NCBI GenBank assembly: GCA_030390025.1
Contig: CM059432.1
Span: 76,696,001 to 76,760,000, forward strand
DNA: 64,000 nt
Origin: Squalus acanthias
Lineage: Eukaryota
Reading direction: 5' to 3'
The notes beneath the pieces are model-generated. The model did no database searches. It was given only the letters and a program-made list of their open reading frames with translations, and was not told the origin of the DNA. A program made the translations under genes and the position numbers. Shown piece after piece: positions 50,521 through 60,914 of the stretch. Every line of letters starts with the position of its first letter. Positions within the stretch are counted from its first letter, which is position 1.

Positions 50521-52626
50521 AGGGTTTATAATTGGGGGAGGGGTAATTATGATACGATTAGGCAAGAATTAGGGAGTATAAGATGGGAACAGAAACTATC
50601 AGGGAAAAGCACAAACGAAAAGTGGAGCTTTTTCATGGAGCAATTACTGCGTGTCCTTGATAGGTATGTCCCTGTCAGGCAGGGAGGAAATGGCCGAGTG
50701 AGAGAACCATGGTTCACAAAAGAGGTTGAATGTCTAGTCAAGAGGAAAAAGGAAGCGTATGTAAGGATGAGAAAACAAGGTTCAGTTGGGTCGATTGAGG
50801 GGTACAAGGTAGCAAGGAATGAGCTAAAAAAAGAGCTTAGGAGAGCTAGGAGGGGGCATGAGAAGTCCTTGGCGGGTCGGATCAAGAAAAACCCCAAGGC
50901 CTTTTACTCTTATGTGAGAAATAAAAGAATGACCAGGGTGAGGGTAGGGCCGGTCAAGGACAGTAGTGGGAACTTGTGCATGGAGTCAGAAGAGATAGGA
51001 GAGGTGATGAATGAATACTTTTCGTCAGTGTTCACCGAGGAGAGGGGCCATGTTCTTGAGGATGAGAGTATGATAAAGGTGGATAGGTTGGAGGTGGTAG
51101 ATGTTCTGAGGGAAGATGTTTTAGCAATTTTGAAGAACCTGAGGGTCGATAAGTCCCCTGGGCCAGATGGGATATATCCTAGGATTCTTTGGGAGGCAAG
51201 GGAGGAGATTGCAGAGCCTCTGGCTTTGATCTTTGGGTCCTCACTGTCCACGGGAATGGTGCCAGAGGACTGGAGAGTGGCGAATGTTGTTCCTCTCTTC
51301 AAGAAAGGAAATAGGAATGACCCTGGTAATTATGGGCCGGTTAGTCTTACTTCGGTGGTTGGTAAGATAATGGAAAAGGTCCTGAGGGATAGGATTTATG
51401 ACCATTTGGAAAGGGGCAACTTAATCAGGGATAGTCAACACGGATTCGTGAAGGGTAAGTCTTGCCTAACAAATTTGATTGAATTCTTTGAGGAGGTAAC
51501 TAAGTGTGTAGATGAAGGTAGAGCAGTTGATGTCGTATACATGGATTTTAGTAAGGCGTTTGATAAGGTTCCCCATGGTCGGCTCATGAAGAAAGTAAGG
51601 AGTTGTGGGATAGAGGGAAATTTGGCCGATTGGATAAGTAACTGGCTATCTCATAGAAGGCAGAGGGTGGTGGTGGATGGAACATTTTCGGACTGGAGAC
51701 CAGTTACCAGCGGTGTGCCACAGGGGTCGGTGCTGGGTCCTCTGCTGTTTGTGATTTTTATCAATGACTTGGAGGAGGGGACTGAAGGGTGGATCAGTAA
51801 ATTTGCTGATGACACCAAGATTGGTGGAGTAGTGGATGAGGTGGAGGGCTGTTGTAGGCTGCAAAGAGACATTGATAGGATGCAGAGCTGGGCCGAAAAA
51901 TGGCAGATGGAATTTAACCCTGATAAGTGCGAGTTGATTCATTTTGGTAGGGCAAATTTGAATAATGATTACAGGGTCAACGGCAGGGTTCTGAGGAACG
52001 TGGAGGAGCAGAGGGATCTGGGGGTTCATATCCACAGATCTCTGAAGGTTGCCACTCAAGTGGATAGAGCAGTAAAGAAGGCCTATGGTGTGTTGGCGTT
52101 TATTAACAGAGGGTTTGAGTTTAAGAACCGTGAGGTTATGCTGCAACTGTACAGGACCTTGGTGAGACCACATTTGGAATATTGTGTGCAGTTCTGGTCA
52201 CCTCACTATAGGAAGGACGTGGAAGCATTGGAAAGAGTGCAAAGGAGATTTACCAGGATGCTGCCTGGTTTGGGGGGGAGGTCTTATGAGGAAAGATTGA
52301 GGGAGTTGGGGCTTTTCTCTTTAGAGCGGAGGAGGATGAGAGGCGACTTAATAGAGGTTTATAAGATGATGAGGGGGATAGATAGAGTGGATGTTCAGAG
52401 ACTATTTCCTCGGGTAGAGGCAGCTGTTACAAGGGGGCATAACTATAAGGTGCATGGGGGGAGATATAGAAGGGATGTCCGAGGTAGATTCTTTACTCAG
52501 AGAGTGGTTGGGGTGTGGAATGGACTGCCTGCTGTGATAGTGGAGTCGGACACTTTAGGAACTTTCAAGCGGTTATTGGATAAGCACATGGAGCACACCA
52601 GAGTGATAGGGAGTGTGATAGCTTGA
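50521..52626 (+). CDS. CR1 ORF2 remnant: reverse transcriptase and C-terminal domain, endonuclease absent (first ATG at 50635)
   Basis: Uninterrupted frame with [70 protein letters not shown] and FFTQRVVGVWNGLP. Confidence 0.93.
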   Translation, partial: RVYNWGRGNYDTIRQELGSIRWEQKLSGKSTNEKWSFFMEQLLRVLDRYVPVRQGGNGRVREPWFTKEVECLVKRKKEAYVRMRKQGSVGSIEGYKVARNELKKELRRARRGHEKSLAGRIKKNPKAFYSYVRNKRMTRVRVGPVKDSSGNLCMESEEIGEVMNEYFSSVFTEERGHVLEDESMIKVDRLEVVDVLREDVLAILKNLRVDKSPGPDGIYPRILWEAREEIAEPLALIFGSSLSTGMVPEDWRVANVVPLFKKGNRNDPGNYGPVSLTSVVGKIMEKVLRDRIYDHLERGNLIRDSQHGFVKGKSCLTNLIEFFEEVTKCVDEGRAVDVVYMDFSKAFDKVPHGRLMKKVRSCGIEGNLADWISNWLSHRRQRVVVDGTFSDWRPVTSGVPQGSVLGPLLFVIFINDLEEGTEGWISKFADDTKIGGVVDEVEGCCRLQRDIDRMQSWAEKWQMEFNPDKCELIHFGRANLNNDYRVNGRVLRNVEEQRDLGVHIHRSLKVATQVDRAVKKAYGVLAFINRGFEFKNREVMLQLYRTLVRPHLEYCVQFWSPHYRKDVEALERVQRRFTRMLPGLGGRSYEERLRELGLFSLERRRMRGDLIEVYKMMRGIDRVDVQRLFPRVEAAVTRGHNYKVHGGRYRRDVRGRFFTQRVVGVWNGLPAVIVESDTLGTFKRLLDKHMEHTRVIGSVIA

Positions 52627-52715
52627 TCTTGGTCTCGGACAATGCTCGGCACAACATCGAGGGCCGAAGGGCCTGTACTGTGCTGTACTCTTCTATGTTT
52701 CTATGTTTCTATGTT
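50521..52715 (+). mobile_element. 5'-truncated CR1 LINE with intact 3' end
   Basis: ORF2-like coding from RVYNWGRGNYDTIRQEL at 50521 to the stop at 52626, then a short 3' UTR and a (TTCTATGT)x3 tail at 52691-52714. Confidence 0.96.
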
Positions 52716-53397
52716 AGCAATGCCACAGAAGATTTGCTAGCACTGGATATTGAAAGTCTCGAGTCTGCATGCATTTCCTGTTGTGTAGCACACACTTGGT
52801 GTAACATCACAATTTTGTTGTCACACTTTGGCCATCACCTTTGTCTATCATACTTTGTTGAATTACCTCAAAGTAAAATAGCAACAAACTGAACAGAAGA
52901 GGTAGGGAATGCATGGATCAAAAATTAGAAAAGTCCAAAGTCATGGGCAGCCTGCTCCTCATTCCATGGTGGCACATCTTCACCCACTCCCACTCCTGCG
53001 GTTCCCTCATGCTCTGTCAATTAACTGCTGCCGCATCCTCATTAACATTGTCTAGCTCCCTTCCACCCCCGGGTAAAAATATTTGAGTAGTGTGTGGACT
53101 GAGAAAGCAAGTGATGCAGGGGATGTGATCAAGGGGGTTTTGAGAGAGGAACACAAGGCACGATTTAGACCCAGGGACTAAAAGGTGGGCTTGACCTCCG
53201 CATCCTCTCTCGCGTCATCATCATCGTCCAAGGCATTGTTATCCTCATAGTTCACAAGGAAGAGCAACCTCCTCCTCATCATCATCCCCTTGCTGCTGTG
53301 GTGGATCTTCAGGAAAGGAGGTATAAGCTAAGAAGAAAGCTTGTGGTTGTGTGTTGCTCCACAGCAATGCTGCGGCACCTGTGTAGGTGTGCATTCA

Positions 53398-54075
53398 CTA
53401 ACCTGGTACTGACAACTCTTCCACCAACTCCCACATTAGAGCAGAGTGTCTCCCAAACAGCTTCATGAGCTCCTTCTCATAGGGGGTGAGCTCTTTAATA
53501 TTGGGGATGCACTCTCCGACACCCTGCCTCTCACAGACATTGTGTGCAAGTTTCTCATGAAACAAGATTGAGTGAATGAGGTGAAGGTTCACAGTTGAGG
53601 CCTGTGTCCCAGATAGCATAGGACAGCTGATGGAAGAGATCTGGTGGTAGTTCCCTGTTAAAGCGGAGGAAGGCGTTTTAAGGTTCTACACGGATGTAAG
53701 TGCTGTTAGGGGAGATGGCAATACATACTATAACCAGCGTGCTCTAGTTGAACAGCTCTTAGTTTTTGAGGATGAAATGTATACTGGTGCCCAGGGTGTC
53801 CCAAGTAAGAAAAAGGAGATTGGCTCATGTGTGAATTTGCCTATCCTGGTCAAGTTATTGAACTATTTGCGGCACTGGTCTGCATTTCTGGGAGTGAAAG
53901 AATAGGCACTCAGTGTCAGTGCCACTTCATTCAACGTGGCACAAAAGGCAATTTCTTGTGACTTCCCCTCATGGAAGCCCAGAAGTCTCTCTCGCCTCGG
54001 CTCAACTCTTCTCAAAGCGTGTTTAGAAATTGGTCGCATTGAAATTATGAGTTCTTCTTTTGCCCCTCCTTGCAA
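53398..54075 (-). pseudogene. Decayed Myb/SANT-like DNA-binding gene of a Harbinger transposon (two exons)
   Basis: Exon 1 (~53830-54075) reads ...LNEVALTLSAYSFTPRNADQCRK*FNNLTR, resembling the WxEVA...RTxxQCRKRFNDL motif. Exon 2 (~53403-53555) reads EKLAHNVCERQGVGECIPNIKELTPYEKELMKL, resembling EKxAHNxRER..TGGG.P....LTPxEE. There is an in-frame stop. An acidic low-complexity stretch follows at ~53200-53300. Confidence 0.75.
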
Positions 54076-54439
54076 TTAACTTGCCCGTTCTGTGTTCAGT
54101 GCCAGATTCTCCAGTGGTAGATATTCTTGAAAAGTGGGACAAAAGCACACATGAGCCATTTAGTGCAGCTACCTGACATGAAGTCAATGAGCCACGTTCT
54201 TTCCTATTTACCAGCTGCCCCCTCCCCCAGTCTGTTGCAACAATCTTCAGGCAGAATTGGTTTTTAAAGTCTGCACTCTATTTTCCAAGCACCCCCAGCA
54301 CATTACTTAATTTTATCATGGCATTTGCACTGAAGATTCTCCAATGCATATGTAAATTAGCTCATCCATAAAATTCTGGTGTATTCAGCCCTGCAAAGTA
54401 TCGGCAAGACACATTGGCACAAACCCAGCACAACTCGCC

Positions 54440-54885
54440 ACACGGAACTTTGGGGCCACTGTCTTCTTTCACACACAGTCTTGCATATCAAACCTGTCTT
54501 CATCAAGCTCCTCTGGCTCCCCACTCCTCAGCACATCAACTTCCAGCTCCTTGTCCTCATTATAAAATCCTTCCACAGCCCCACTCCACCTTACCTCAGT
54601 GACTTTCCCCAGGGCATATCCCCAGCACACAGTCTCTGCTCCTGTGATTTAGGATTACTGCTCACCTGCTTGCTCTGCTTCACCATCAGAGGGTCATTTT
54701 TCAGCCATTATACCCCTTCTCTGTGGAACTCTTCCTAAATCGTTGAGCCATGTTACTTCACTTCTTCTAAAGCCTCCTAAAATATATATCTTTTTGACGT
54801 TACCTTCTGTCCTTTCTCCTCAATCCTTTCTGCCTGCTGCCTGCCATCCTTCTCTCCCATGTGATTGCTGCTATAAATACAAGTT
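54440..54885 (+). mobile_element. Old L2 LINE 3' fragment
   Basis: HIKPVFIKLLWLPTPQHINFQLLVLIIKSFHSPTPPYLSD...FSHYTPSLWNS resembles the L2 ORF2 C-terminus (compare ORF 62605-62940). Ends TGCTATAAATACAAGTT, like the L2 3' end. Confidence 0.8.
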
Positions 54886-54959
54886 ACAGATTTGAGAGCT
54901 TATATAAACTCCATGAAACTTTGTCATGCAGATGTTGCTTAGTTGCAGAGTAACACAAT

Positions 54960-55701
54960 GGCCCAAAAATTAGTGTTGATACGCGAGAGTACGCACTGTG
55001 TACTCTCGCGTATTCTGTCTCCAATTGCCGGTTTTCTGCATGCACTGCGCATGCGCTGAAAACCGGCACTTGGTGAATGGAAAAGGGGGCGGTTCCTAGG
55101 TGAACCGCGTGCGCGCTACAGGCTGCGCGCACGCTGTGCACTTAGTGGTTTCAACGCGCAGGTAAGTATGGAAGATTTTACACATAAAAAAAGGAGGAGT
55201 AAGACCCACTTTTAACAAGGTAAGTAGTGAATTAAGTATTATTTTGAATTTTTTTTAACAGGTATATCTTTTTTAGAGACTTTAAAGACAGGTAAGTTTA
55301 TTTTTATAACTTTTTAAAAGATTTTAAATTTTTTCAAAAATTTAATTTTTTATTTAAAATGGTTAATTTATTTAACTATACTTATTTTATTAATGTGATG
55401 GTTTTTTTTTAATTTAATTGAGGTTTAGCTGTTCTTTTGGGGGGCTATAGTATTCATAGCTTTCACAGCACTTATGTGAAAGTTATGAATGGAAGATGGT
55501 GTGCTGCCATTGGCTCTAACTGAGTCACGTGATCCCACAGCTCGCACGAATTAACTACGCCTGTGGGATACGCAAGCCCAGCACAGCAGCTGTCCAGAAC
55601 ATCAAGTTCGTGCGAGCTGGAACTGAAAAAGCCAACGCGCAGTGAGAGAGCGCGGGGAAGCCTTACCCTCGCACGAAGGCTTCCTCACGAATTTTTGGGC
55701 C
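54960..55701. mobile_element. MITE (742 bp), PIF/Harbinger-type TIRs
   Basis: Perfect 12-bp TIR GGCCCAAAAATT (54960-54971) / AATTTTTGGGCC (55690-55701). Flanks are AAT / ATT (an AT duplication, or a 3-bp TSD with one mismatch). Arms are CpG-rich and hairpin-forming, the centre is AT-rich, and there is no coding capacity. Confidence 0.9.
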
Positions 55702-56299
55702 ATTTTTTAACTGGTATCAGCACATTTCCTTATTTCAAACATAACTCACCACATTCTGTCAAATTGAAATCTGTCTTCAGATTCCACAAATACAACTTGG
55801 CGAAAATCTTCAGCTGCTTTATACAAGCAATGGCATCAAAAAGTCGGCACTGAGGACCAGGAGTATGGACGGAGATTAGCAATGCCGATTCCTGGTCATT
55901 TCCAGTCGGGCGTGAAGTCAGTACTCAGCAGTCTCACTAAGACCAGCAAGATGCCGATTTTAATATTATAATGAGCTGCCAAGGGCAGCATATGCACTTT
56001 CAAATTTTGCACTGCACTCAGCGCAAGTGACTTTCCTTAAAGCTGCACTCCCCAGTACAACAAGATCAACAACCCAATTTTGAAAGAATTTTTGGAAAAT
56101 TTTCTTTTTCTTTTGTTAGCCCTCTAGAAACTTTGCTAGGGGTTTTATATATGGTTTGCACCTATTTATTTTCACTTACCTTTAAAGTGCCATGGTGAAG
56201 TTTCCAATGGAAATCCCATTATATTTATGTTTCCTGGAAGAAGAAGTGGAGAAGCAAAGGAGAGATGCCTGGCAGGTCAGGTTAAACCACAGCCACATT

Positions 56300-56805
56300 T
56301 AGCGAACCGTCAGCTACCCTCCAAGCACCATATATTGATGAGGTGATCTAATTTCAATTTGTCCAAGGAACAGTGCCTCAGGAAGCTCAACTTCAGTAGA
56401 GAGGCTTTAACAGAGTTTTGTAACATGCTTCAACTAGACCTCTAGCTATGTTCCAGCTCAGACATGGCACTGCTGGTGTCCGTGAAGGTCAACAATGCCC
56501 TCAATTTCTATGCATCAGGATTCTTCCACACACCTACGGAGGACATCACCCACATCCGCCAGTCTGCTGACCACAGATGCAGATACCAGGTGACTAATAC
56601 TATATACACTAGAGCCAGCCAATTGATCTCCTTCCCCATGGACAATCAGCTGCAGCTACAGGATTACTGTGAATTTCTACCGCATAGCAGGATTCCCTCT
56701 GGTTCAGTGATCCTAGGTGGAACACATGTGGCTCTACAGATGCCTCCTCTGCTTTATGAAGCATAAGAAGATATAATTCCCTCAACATGAAGCTTTTGTG
56801 TGACT
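56300..56805 (+). pseudogene. Decayed Harbinger (HARBI1-like) transposase, N-terminal half
   Basis: Reads LSKEQCLRKLNFSREALTEFCNMLQLDL*...ALLVSVKVNNALNFYASGFF...ISFP, then across frameshifts RIAGFPLVQ, ILGGTHVAL and NSLNMKLLCD. These match Harbinger motifs ALxFYATGSFQ, IAGFP, IDCTHV and HSLNVQLVCD. It has stops and frameshifts, and the first catalytic Asp is lost. Confidence 0.88.
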
Positions 56806-57216
56806 ATGGGGTGAAATTGGTCTTGGGCGGTAGCATAAAACAGGGAAACTGTCAAGGACAGACTATTTAACGGTTCCATTTACCATTTACCAGGTACATG
56901 GCCCATGTATGCATATCATAAAGGGTTGCTGGTCAACCAGTTACTGCTGGCCCACGCCAAACATTCACACAACCTCACAGCTCTTTCATTGTTGACCATG
57001 CATATCCATAAGGCAGGCATTACAGCTGAAACTTACAATTGACAGCCTTGGAGCACTCACATCTTCAAAGGACTTCACACAGAAAAACACAACTGAACTG
57101 CATAATACATGATCATTTAATGACACCCAGAATGGGCTGTAACTTTGGTACCTGTCTGTTACCATGCATCTGTTCCTCCAACATATAACATTTCAAGACC
57201 ACATCTTTGCTTGCAG

Positions 57217-57346
57217 GACAAAATGCCACCTAATATAAGGGAACAGACAATAGGAGGAGGACTTTGAAATTACAAGCCCTTGACTCCATTGGAAGATGCC
57301 ACCCTGGACAACCTTTCCGATCAGAACATTGAGAAAATAAGAGAAG
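57217..57346 (+). pseudogene. Second Harbinger Myb/SANT-like gene remnant (exon-2 equivalent)
   Basis: TTTGCTTGCAG|GAC...GAAG|GTGAGT. Translates DKMPPNIREQTIGGGL*NYKPLTPLEDATLD, similar to the exon at 53403-53555, with an in-frame stop. Confidence 0.65.
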
Positions 57347-58180
57347 GTGAGTCTGCAGCATTTATTTAAGTTGTGGAATGGTATCATCCACTTCTTACGA
57401 CTTGCCTCCATCTCACTCAGTCCCACACAGACATACATAGTTACATAAACTACAGGCACGATTAATATCTTGTGATGTGAGCTCCTTTGGAGGATGTCAC
57501 ATGAACAGAGCATTGTAAAATTAGTCACTTTTCTGACAGTATGCCAGGTCAAGACAACACAACAGCACCCTGCATCCCTTTTATTAAACACATTAAACAT
57601 TTTAAGCACCAGCATTGCTATGCATATCCCAAAGGATGCAGTTAGGCAGCTTGAGGAGGTAGTACTGGGTGAATTACAGGTGAGGAAGAGCAAGTGTTGG
57701 TGGCAGGGAAAGAGTTGGAACCTTCAAGGACCACTTGGGAAATGTAGCAGTACGATGTCATGAGGATGTCCCATCATGCTCCTGTTGCTAGTGAATAGGA
57801 AAAGAAATGAACTACCTGGCTTAGCTGACTGATGCATTAGTTTCATATATCTCTGGCCACCGCATTGGCTGATAGAGCAGATGATGCCTATGCTAGACTG
57901 GAAGGAGATGGAGTCAAAAAAAGTGGGTATGCAGATAACCTTACCTACCAATGAGAGAACCAATCCTATGGTTCAGGTTGGCTACATGTGTCCTTGTGGA
58001 GTATGTTTCCCAGTGTCCCAGGTAGGTACGTAAGGGCCCTGTAGATATTATTTGTGACATCAGGACAGGTGCCAACCTAGTTGTGGTGTCTTCTGATCTC
58101 CCTATTATGCCTAATTTCATCTTGTAATGTAATTGTGGTGTTTTCCAAGCACCCCTAACAGTAAGGCAGGAGTGACTTAC

Positions 58181-58419
58181 CAATTGATACACTTGGTGTT
58201 GTTTCTAGTTAGACACAGCACTGCACTCTTATGTGGTATGAACATTGATATTGTGGGAGACTCTTCACAGATCCCATTTAGTTTAAGGATCGTCCTGTTC
58301 TGCAGAAATCTTGGAAAGAGTTTCTGTATGGTCAGTTTATCTGTGCTATTGGTAACAATGGTGCACCTGCTTCTCGTAACAGAAACATTTCCATCGTGAA
58401 AAAGTAAATTAAACAATAG
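58181..58419 (-). CDS. Possible host-gene internal exon, product unidentified
   Basis: Acceptor TTTATTTTCAATCTTTAG and donor G|GTAAGT bound a 239-nt open frame (LLFNLLFHDGNVSVTRSRC...LTRNNTKCIN). No homology recognised. Confidence 0.25.
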
Positions 58420-60271
58420 CTAAAGATTGAAAATAAATGAATATAATGGAAACATTAAAGCTGAAAAATAAAAACAAATTCCCAATAAAAGACAGAAAGC
58501 TTTTAACTTCTGTTCCTTTACATTGGGACCTCAATAAGCTTCTCTTGCATGATTGTACTGGAGGAAATACCACCGGGTAGGACTTCTGTCGAAATGTCAG
58601 AAACATAAGAGGGCTTGCTAAAGGCCTTCATTCTTATTCTGCATGCATGCTTAATAAAGCTCTTGCTCAAATGTAGCAGGAGTGATTGGCACAGACATAT
58701 GGTCCCAGCAGATATATGTGTGGGACCAAGTGGAATTGCTAGCCTTGCAACTTCTTGGTCTCCACTCACCCAAATTCTGCCAGTAGAAGCAGAATTTTCC
58801 ATAAAAGCTAACCCATGGTGGAAATGATGGCTTACAGTGCATTGGTTGGTTGGTCAGTTTTTAACTTCAGATTTGTAACGCCAAGGGGAAGATATCCTCT
58901 GGTTATTAAATATCAGCAACCTCAGAAATATATCAAAAAGATGTCTAGCAAAATCATAAACCTTGGCCCGAATCTTACTTGCAAAAATATAACTATTTCA
59001 CGAGAAATAACAATGAAGAAATCTTCCTGTTAAGCTTACAAGGTCACTTAGCCACAGGGCACAAGAGGAAATCATCACCAAATGTGTCAGTTAATTTTAG
59101 TCAAATGATTATTCTTTATTCTTTATTCTTTCTATCATATAAAAGTTTATTTTTTAATATTCTCCATCGAGGCCTGCTTAATATTTCACAAGGGTAAAGA
59201 TCAGAAAGATTACTAAGTATGTGATCAAACTACTGTTACAAGTGCACTATCCAGCACTGCCAGTTAGCAGTGGTTTGAAAGCAAGTGTACAAAATAATTC
59301 CCCCCCTCCCAGCTGTATGCAGAAGGGGAATGACAGATGCTTTGGTGTTGAAGTCTATAATGTCTCTCCTTAGATAAAACACTGTGGCTGTGGTCAGGCC
59401 ACACCATAACTTGTGTTGTATCCCAACATCAAATAGTAACAAAAAAAAACATTTGCAGTGGACTTGTGTTCCTGGAAAACAGAAAACTTTTAGCAAACAT
59501 GTTCAGGGTTTCTTTTCTCTAAAGTCAGCTTATTTAATCGTAACATCTCTCTTCTGAATTGTGCCCAGTATCCTGTTTACATCCTATTTCACTTCCAGCA
59601 CAATTCTAAAATGGTCACTTGTAAGAAGTTAACACTGTTGCTGGGATCGGCTTATTATTTACTGTAGTAATGTAGTCAGCACAGGAGGGGAGAATATATA
59701 TTGCTTCCCAGTATAAATCCAACCATTTTGCATTGTCTTTTTTGTGGAAATATGTCCTTGTCCAAGAGGAGCCCAACTTTACTCTTTACTGGTCAAAAGC
59801 AACTGGCATTGCTTTTAGCATTTTAATGTAAAGTCAATTGTTTTTAAATTGGAGCAAATTAAGTCAAATTAAATTTCCTCCAGAATTTTATTTGCAAGTA
59901 CAAAACAATGCGGTGATATGTCAATGTCAGTTACCTGCAAATGATGTACTGGCTTCAAGTAACCTACTCCACTGGCAAAAATCCAGAAACTTAAGTGTGC
60001 CGAGGCAGCACATTTTTGGAAAGCTAAGCATTGCTTCCATATTCAGCATTGTTGTTTTCTAAAGACTTTACAAAAATATCTAGTATGGAGGGTGACTGTT
60101 GTCGAAGATTCAACAATGCCCGTAGACTAAGGGCCAGCCTGCCAAAATGGATCCCAGCAGAATGAAGGACGCATCACTGTTTTCTGATGAGATATAAAGA
60201 GTTGAAGCTAGACTTGAAGGATCAGGTGTAAAATAAGAATGCTTTAGAATAAATCATCAATCATATATAAA

Positions 60272-60460
60272 CTGAAACGAAAACAGAAAATGCTGGAAAC
60301 ACTCAGCAGGTGAGGCAGCATCTGTGGAGAGAACAACACTGACGAAAGGTCTCCACTCGAAACATTAACTTATCTGTTCTCTCCACAGATGCTGTCTGAC
60401 CTGCTGAGTGATTCCAGAATTTTCACTTTTTGTTTCAGAGTTTCAGCATCTGCAGTTTTT
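60272..60460. repeat. Palindromic Penelope-type terminal repeat remnant
   Basis: Imperfect ~63-bp inverted repeat (GCTGGAAACACTCAGCAGGTGAGGCAGCATCTGTGGAGAGAACA / TGTTCTCTCCACAGATGCTGTCTGACCTGCTGAGTGATTCCAG) with CTGACGA...GAAAC in the spacer. The family assignment is from recall. Confidence 0.7.
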
Positions 60461-60914
60461 TTATTTTTGTTTATACATAAATTGAATACATTTAAAAGCA
60501 CATTCATTTTGTCTATTTAAATAATAATTCATCTTAACTGGAGTTTACATAAGCGTAACTTTATATATTGATGTTTTGCATATAGCGTACAATGAATGCA
60601 TGCTGTCTTTCAAAGGTGTCACGCCTGAAAGTGCAGCCTCGGAGATGTCACAACTGTGGGCATCACACCGTCAAACCATCACACATTCGAGGAACTTAAC
60701 AAATAAGTGGTTATTTGAGTCAATTAAATATCTGATTGATTAAATGTGAAAGAATTAAAAAGTAGCAGGAAGTACCAGTGTGGAACAAGTAGTTGCCAAA
60801 AAATCAAGCAGTCAAATCCCTCATTTTTTTCTCAAAGCAACCATTCACTAACCAGCTAGTACCACAAAGCCGACCAATCAAATTTCTCAAACAATTTTCT
60901 TCTTCACTGAGATC

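Noticed and set aside
56464..56766. Domesticated host HARBI1 gene
   Set aside because: It has an upstream in-frame stop, frameshifts, a lost catalytic Asp and a truncation, so it is a transposon fossil.
53398..56805. One intact head-to-head Harbinger element (Myb gene plus transposase)
   Set aside because: No enclosing TIR pair was found, and an L2 fragment and a MITE lie between them. They may be separate decayed copies.
57945..58038. Next minus-strand exon (CTACAG...AG|GTAAGG) after the 58181-58419 candidate
   Set aside because: Joined in the required phase it reaches a stop after about 24 codons, so it gives no support as an internal exon.
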